This document shows positions 23,230 through 27,097 of a DNA stretch of 27,097 nucleotides, piece by piece. The first letter of the stretch is position 1; each line of letters starts with the position of its first letter. The notes below the pieces were generated by a model. It was not told the origin of the DNA, ran no database searches, and saw only the letters and a program-made list of their open reading frames with translations. The position numbers were made by a program, and so were the translations under genes. The stretch is from NCBI GenBank assembly GCA_964444765.1, contig CAYUID010000001.1:1-27097 (forward strand), in the 5' to 3' direction. This DNA is from an uncultured Candidatus Saccharibacteria bacterium. Lineage in GTDB: Bacteria > Patescibacteriota > Minisyncoccia > Phycocordibacterales > DATDWN01.

Positions 23230-24572
23230 TGGAAGAAAATTTTAAAAATTTTTTGAAAGAAAGAAAAAATAGGGGAGTAGCTATGCTCGTTGCTGTTATT
23301 TTCTTTCTTTTTGCCTCCATGACGATTATCCTGGGCATAATTGCGCCAATTTTGAAACAAGCAAGCATTTCAAAAAATATTATCGCCTCCAAGCAAAGCT
23401 TTTATACTTCCGAAGCTTCTCTGGAGGAACTTCTCTATCGTCTGAAGGCTTCAAAGCAAAATGGCAATCTCGAAACTGTTTCTCTAAACGGTGGTTACGC
23501 TACTACGACTATCACCAGTACAGCTACAGGTAAGCAAATGGTTTCAGTTGGATCAGTAAACAGTCTAATCAGAAAAATTGAACTCGATTTAAATTTAGGA
23601 ACAGGTATCTCCTTTCACTATGGTGTCCAGGCTGGAAACGGAGGTTTCACTTTGGCCAACTCTTCAAGTATAACCGGTAACGTTTTCTCTTCTGGTCCAA
23701 TAGTCGGAGCAGGAAACTATATATATGGTGATGCTATTTCATCTGGTGCCTCGGGATCTGTTTACGGTATTCATGCTACAGGTACAGTCAGAGCCCACAC
23801 CATTGGATTAGTCTCTGGTAATGCCACAATTGTAGACAAAGATGCTTACTATCAAAATGTTGCTGCAAATGTGACAGTTTCTGGCACAAGATATCCGAAC
23901 AGCGCTGACCAATCAAACGCTCAATTGCCTATAAGTGACGCTCAAATATCTCAATGGGAGTCGGACGCTGCTGCTGGTGGCACAATGCTCTCATCGGCTT
24001 GTGACAATTACAACTCTAGCAGTAATACCTGCACGGTCAGCTCCACACGTTCCTTGGGTCCTTTAAAAATTCCTTTCAATCTTCTTATAAAAAGTTCTTC
24101 TGGTGTTTTGACTGTTACTGGTCCGCTTTGGGTCATAGGAAATATTACAACACAAACTGGACCAACCATAAGAATGTCGCCGGCTCTCGGAGGAACAAAT
24201 GTGGCTATTATTGCTGACGATCAAGCCAATGCTTCGACAAAAGGAATAATAGATATTGGACAAAGCACGGTATTTGCAGGTTCTGGTACAGTAGGCTCTT
24301 TCGTTTTTATGATCTCATTTAATAGGAGTGCTGAACTTGGTGGTTCGACCAATGCAATTGTCATGGCCCAAGGCGCTTCAGCTCTTGTGGCTTATGCTAG
24401 TCACGGTCAGATTTCGCTTAGCCAAAGCGTCAGTATAAAAGAAGTAACTGCATACAAAATAAATTTAAGTCAGTCTGCCAATGTGACATATGACACTGGT
24501 TTGCCTAGTGTTCTTTTTGAAGCTGGTCCATCGGGTGGATATGATATTCTCGCTTGGGGTGAAGTCCAGTAA
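23229..24572 (+). CDS. large PilX-like minor pilin/adhesin
   Basis: RG|VAMLV signal without E5, QSFYTSEASLE PilX-type segment, long Gly/Ser-rich beta-type C-terminus ending WGEVQ. Confidence 0.8.
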   Translation: MEENFKNFLKERKNRGVAMLVAVIFFLFASMTIILGIIAPILKQASISKNIIASKQSFYTSEASLEELLYRLKASKQNGNLETVSLNGGYATTTITSTATGKQMVSVGSVNSLIRKIELDLNLGTGISFHYGVQAGNGGFTLANSSSITGNVFSSGPIVGAGNYIYGDAISSGASGSVYGIHATGTVRAHTIGLVSGNATIVDKDAYYQNVAANVTVSGTRYPNSADQSNAQLPISDAQISQWESDAAAGGTMLSSACDNYNSSSNTCTVSSTRSLGPLKIPFNLLIKSSSGVLTVTGPLWVIGNITTQTGPTIRMSPALGGTNVAIIADDQANASTKGIIDIGQSTVFAGSGTVGSFVFMISFNRSAELGGSTNAIVMAQGASALVAYASHGQISLSQSVSIKEVTAYKINLSQSANVTYDTGLPSVLFEAGPSGGYDILAWGEVQ

Positions 24573-24724
24573 AATTTCCCAAATTTAGCGAACTCTTTTG
24601 TCGAATATCGTAAAATAATTCTCACTTTATAGACATAAAGCTCAAATTATTTTCCTCATTCTCCTCAGATTTCATCTAAATTTGAAAATTTTATTAAATC
24701 GGTGGGATTTGCTATATTGTAAGC

Positions 24725-25486
24725 ATGAAAAAAGCAAAAAGGCTGGTTGTTGGAAACTGGAAGATGAATCCTGTACACAAAGATGAGGCCAAAGAAATAG
24801 CTCTTGCTGTCAAAAGATCTCTTAAAAATGTTAGAAAAACCAATGTTGTTATTTGCCCACCATTTGTTTATTTAGAAACCCTATCCAAATTTGCCAGTAA
24901 TTCTCTCCTCCTTGGAGCTCAAAATGCTAACCAAGAAACTCTCGGAGCTTTAACCGGCGAAGTCTCCTACTCTCAATTGGGCCAGTTCAGGGTAAGTTTT
25001 GTAATCATCGGACACTCCGAGAGGAGGAAAATGGGGGAAAGTGATGAAACTATCAATAAAAAAGTTAAATCGGTTGTTAGTGAAGGCATGACGGCTATAG
25101 TTTGTGTTGGTGAGGGAGTTCGTGATCACAATGGAGAGTATTTTTCTTTCATAAAAAATCAAATCCAGTCCGCTCTAAAAGATGTAAACAGAAAATTCCT
25201 CGACAGAATTGTCATTGCTTACGAACCTCTTTGGGCAGTTGGTGCAAAATATGCTATTACTCCGAGGGATCTACATGAAATGTCTATTTTTATAAAAAAA
25301 GTTTTGAATGACATCTTTGGTTCGCTTTCTCTATCCATCAGAATCATTTATGGTGGTGATGCTGATAGGGTCAATGCGGACTCTCTTGTTAGGGATGGTA
25401 ATGTTTCAGGCTTACTCGTAGGCAGAGAGAGCTTGAGAGCTAAAGATTTTGTCGAAATGATAAAGCTTGTCGACAATATAAAATGA
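24725..25486 (+). CDS. tpiA: triosephosphate isomerase
   Basis: GNWKMN, GHSERR, AYEPLWAVG. Catalytic K, H and E present. Confidence 0.92.
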   Translation: MKKAKRLVVGNWKMNPVHKDEAKEIALAVKRSLKNVRKTNVVICPPFVYLETLSKFASNSLLLGAQNANQETLGALTGEVSYSQLGQFRVSFVIIGHSERRKMGESDETINKKVKSVVSEGMTAIVCVGEGVRDHNGEYFSFIKNQIQSALKDVNRKFLDRIVIAYEPLWAVGAKYAITPRDLHEMSIFIKKVLNDIFGSLSLSIRIIYGGDADRVNADSLVRDGNVSGLLVGRESLRAKDFVEMIKLVDNIK

Positions 25487-26628
25487 TTCGTTACATTGAT
25501 GAACTAAGTAAAGATGATTTAAAAGGCAAGCATGTTCTTCTTCGTCTTGATTTAAATGTTCCTGTGGTGGAGGCAAAGGTTTCAGACGACTTTGATATTC
25601 AAAAAATTATCGGAACAATCGATTTCTTAAGAGAAAAAGAAGCTCGGACAATTATTATTGCCCACATCGAAGATAAAAGTGGAAATCCAACAACACTTCT
25701 ACCTGTTTTGGACTATTTAAACGGATATTTTAAAGTTACGTTTTCCCCAAATTATTTTACTCCAGGGGCCGTGGATAAAATTTTAAAATTGGAAGATAAA
25801 GGAGTCCTTCTCTTTGAAAATATTCGGTACAACGATGGGGAAACAAAAAATGATCCTGAATTTTCAAAAAAATTATCACAAATGGCCGACATCTATGTTA
25901 ACGATGCCTTTGGGGTCTCACACAGAAGACATTCGTCTATTGTCGGTGTTCCAGAATTTCTACCACATTATGCCGGTCCTCTAATGAGGCAGGAAATAGA
26001 GCATCTCTCAAAGGTTTTTAACCCAGAGCATCCGTTTGTTTTTATACTTGGTGGGGCTAAATTTTCGACAAAACTTCCAATAATAAAAAAATATTTGGAG
26101 AGGGCAGATAAAGTTTTTGTTGGTGGAGCTTTGGCTAATGATTTACTTAAAGAAAAAGGATATGAAGTAGGGACTTCACTTGTCTCGAAGGATAAACTAG
26201 ATTTGAAGAGTATAGTTTCCAGCTCAAAACTTTCTCTGCCAGATGATGTTACTGTAGTGAACGACAACACTTCTTTTCACAAGACGTCCACCGAAGTCTT
26301 AGTCGATGAATGTATAGCAGATGTAGGACCTAAAACCCTTGATCAATTGAATGCTCTTTTAAATGGAGCAAAAACTGTTGTCTGGAATGGCCCGCTTGGA
26401 AATTATGAAGCTGGTTTTAAAGATTCGAGTTTAAACTTGGCCAAATTGATTTCGGAAAGAACTGAAAGAGATCAAGTAATGAGTGTGCTTGGGGGAGGTG
26501 ATACGGTCGCAGTTGTAAAAGAATTAGGAATTGACAATAAATTTAGTTTTGTTTCGACTGGTGGCGGAGCGATGATCGATTTTTTGGTTAATGAGACACT
26601 TCCAGGAATTGAAGCATTGAAAAAATAA
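25483..26628 (+). CDS. pgk: phosphoglycerate kinase (divergent)
   Basis: RLDLNVP, ENIRY, YVNDAFG..HR, LGGAK, WNGPLG, GGGDT, STGGGA. Confidence 0.9.
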   Translation: MIRYIDELSKDDLKGKHVLLRLDLNVPVVEAKVSDDFDIQKIIGTIDFLREKEARTIIIAHIEDKSGNPTTLLPVLDYLNGYFKVTFSPNYFTPGAVDKILKLEDKGVLLFENIRYNDGETKNDPEFSKKLSQMADIYVNDAFGVSHRRHSSIVGVPEFLPHYAGPLMRQEIEHLSKVFNPEHPFVFILGGAKFSTKLPIIKKYLERADKVFVGGALANDLLKEKGYEVGTSLVSKDKLDLKSIVSSSKLSLPDDVTVVNDNTSFHKTSTEVLVDECIADVGPKTLDQLNALLNGAKTVVWNGPLGNYEAGFKDSSLNLAKLISERTERDQVMSVLGGGDTVAVVKELGIDNKFSFVSTGGGAMIDFLVNETLPGIEALKK

Positions 26629-27000
26629 TTATTTTAGAGCCTGTCTTATTTTTTCTGCGTTTCCATCAAAATCTTTTTTATCTCCTCTGGCCTCATTACT
26701 AGGATAAATCCAAATGTGAGCATGATGGACTTCGTCTCCAACAATATTCGAGATAATCATGTCGGTCTCGAAAGCTTTTCTTTGTGCCAAGGCAATTTTC
26801 CTGGTTACTTCAAAATATTCTCCTATGTTTGGAACATCCCAGACCCAACGATAGTGTTTTTTACTTATAACCTGAACGTGGCCAGGTGATCTTGGGTTTA
26901 TATCGATTATTCCAAGAAAATTTTCATCCTCATAGACCTTTCTGGTCGGTACTTCCCCTTTGACAATTTTGCAAAATATGCAGTTTTCCTGTTTTTCCAT
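26629..27000 (-). CDS. HIT family nucleotide hydrolase
   Basis: CIFCKIVKGE, PRSPGHVQVI, HAHIW motif. Start moved to the ATG at 27000, 8 nt after TGgTATAAT. Confidence 0.88.
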   Translation of the reverse strand: MEKQENCIFCKIVKGEVPTRKVYEDENFLGIIDINPRSPGHVQVISKKHYRWVWDVPNIGEYFEVTRKIALAQRKAFETDMIISNIVGDEVHHAHIWIYPSNEARGDKKDFDGNAEKIRQALK

Positions 27001-27097
27001 TGGGTCCATTATACCATGTGCTAAACTGTCTCCATGTCAAAAAATTATCTATTAAGAAACACTATTCCAGAAAAATTAGATAAAGCTATCGAACAAA

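Noticed and set aside
142-26270. Remaining antisense or nested ORFs in the six-frame track (for example 700-1041, 3308-3637, 11878-12324, 15888-16367, 19802-20197, 25968-26270)
   Set aside because: All overlap well-supported genes on the other strand or frame and show the Ser/Phe/Leu-rich composition of shadow frames.

Overview
AT-rich bacterial chromosome segment that reads as Patescibacteria/CPR, probably Parcubacteria. This is an inference from the type IV pilus operon, the TrmB-like regulator, a trigger factor without its PPIase domain, small secreted orphan proteins and near-absent Shine-Dalgarno sites. TGA is used as a stop, so the code is standard table 11. The backbone is housekeeping: rpsO, a Xer-type recombinase, xth, a CCA-adding enzyme, yraN, HU, rny, clpP, rsmE, tig, ppaC, nusA, pilB-pilC-four minor pilins, tpiA, pgk and a HIT protein, plus four tRNAs (Gly-GCC, Arg-TCG, Pro-TGG, Gly-TCC). 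The most interesting region is 8235-10636. There tRNA-Gly(TCC) is followed by three further copies of its own 3' end, delimiting integrase-less units of 143, 639 and 1547 bp. Two units end in a start-less antisense reading frame of about 30 codons that crosses the att core and is conserved at protein level (22/30 identical, 8 synonymous codon differences, no indels). This suggests a tRNA-anchored cassette array whose att site splits a protein-coding gene. Other notable items are a GC-rich, apparently foreign dnaB, a candidate switch-like structured RNA between xth and cca, a parS/DnaA-box cluster around yraN, pervasive leaderless promoter architecture, and substrate-pocket substitutions in PGK and TPI. 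All product calls come from motif recognition by eye; no database searches were run.
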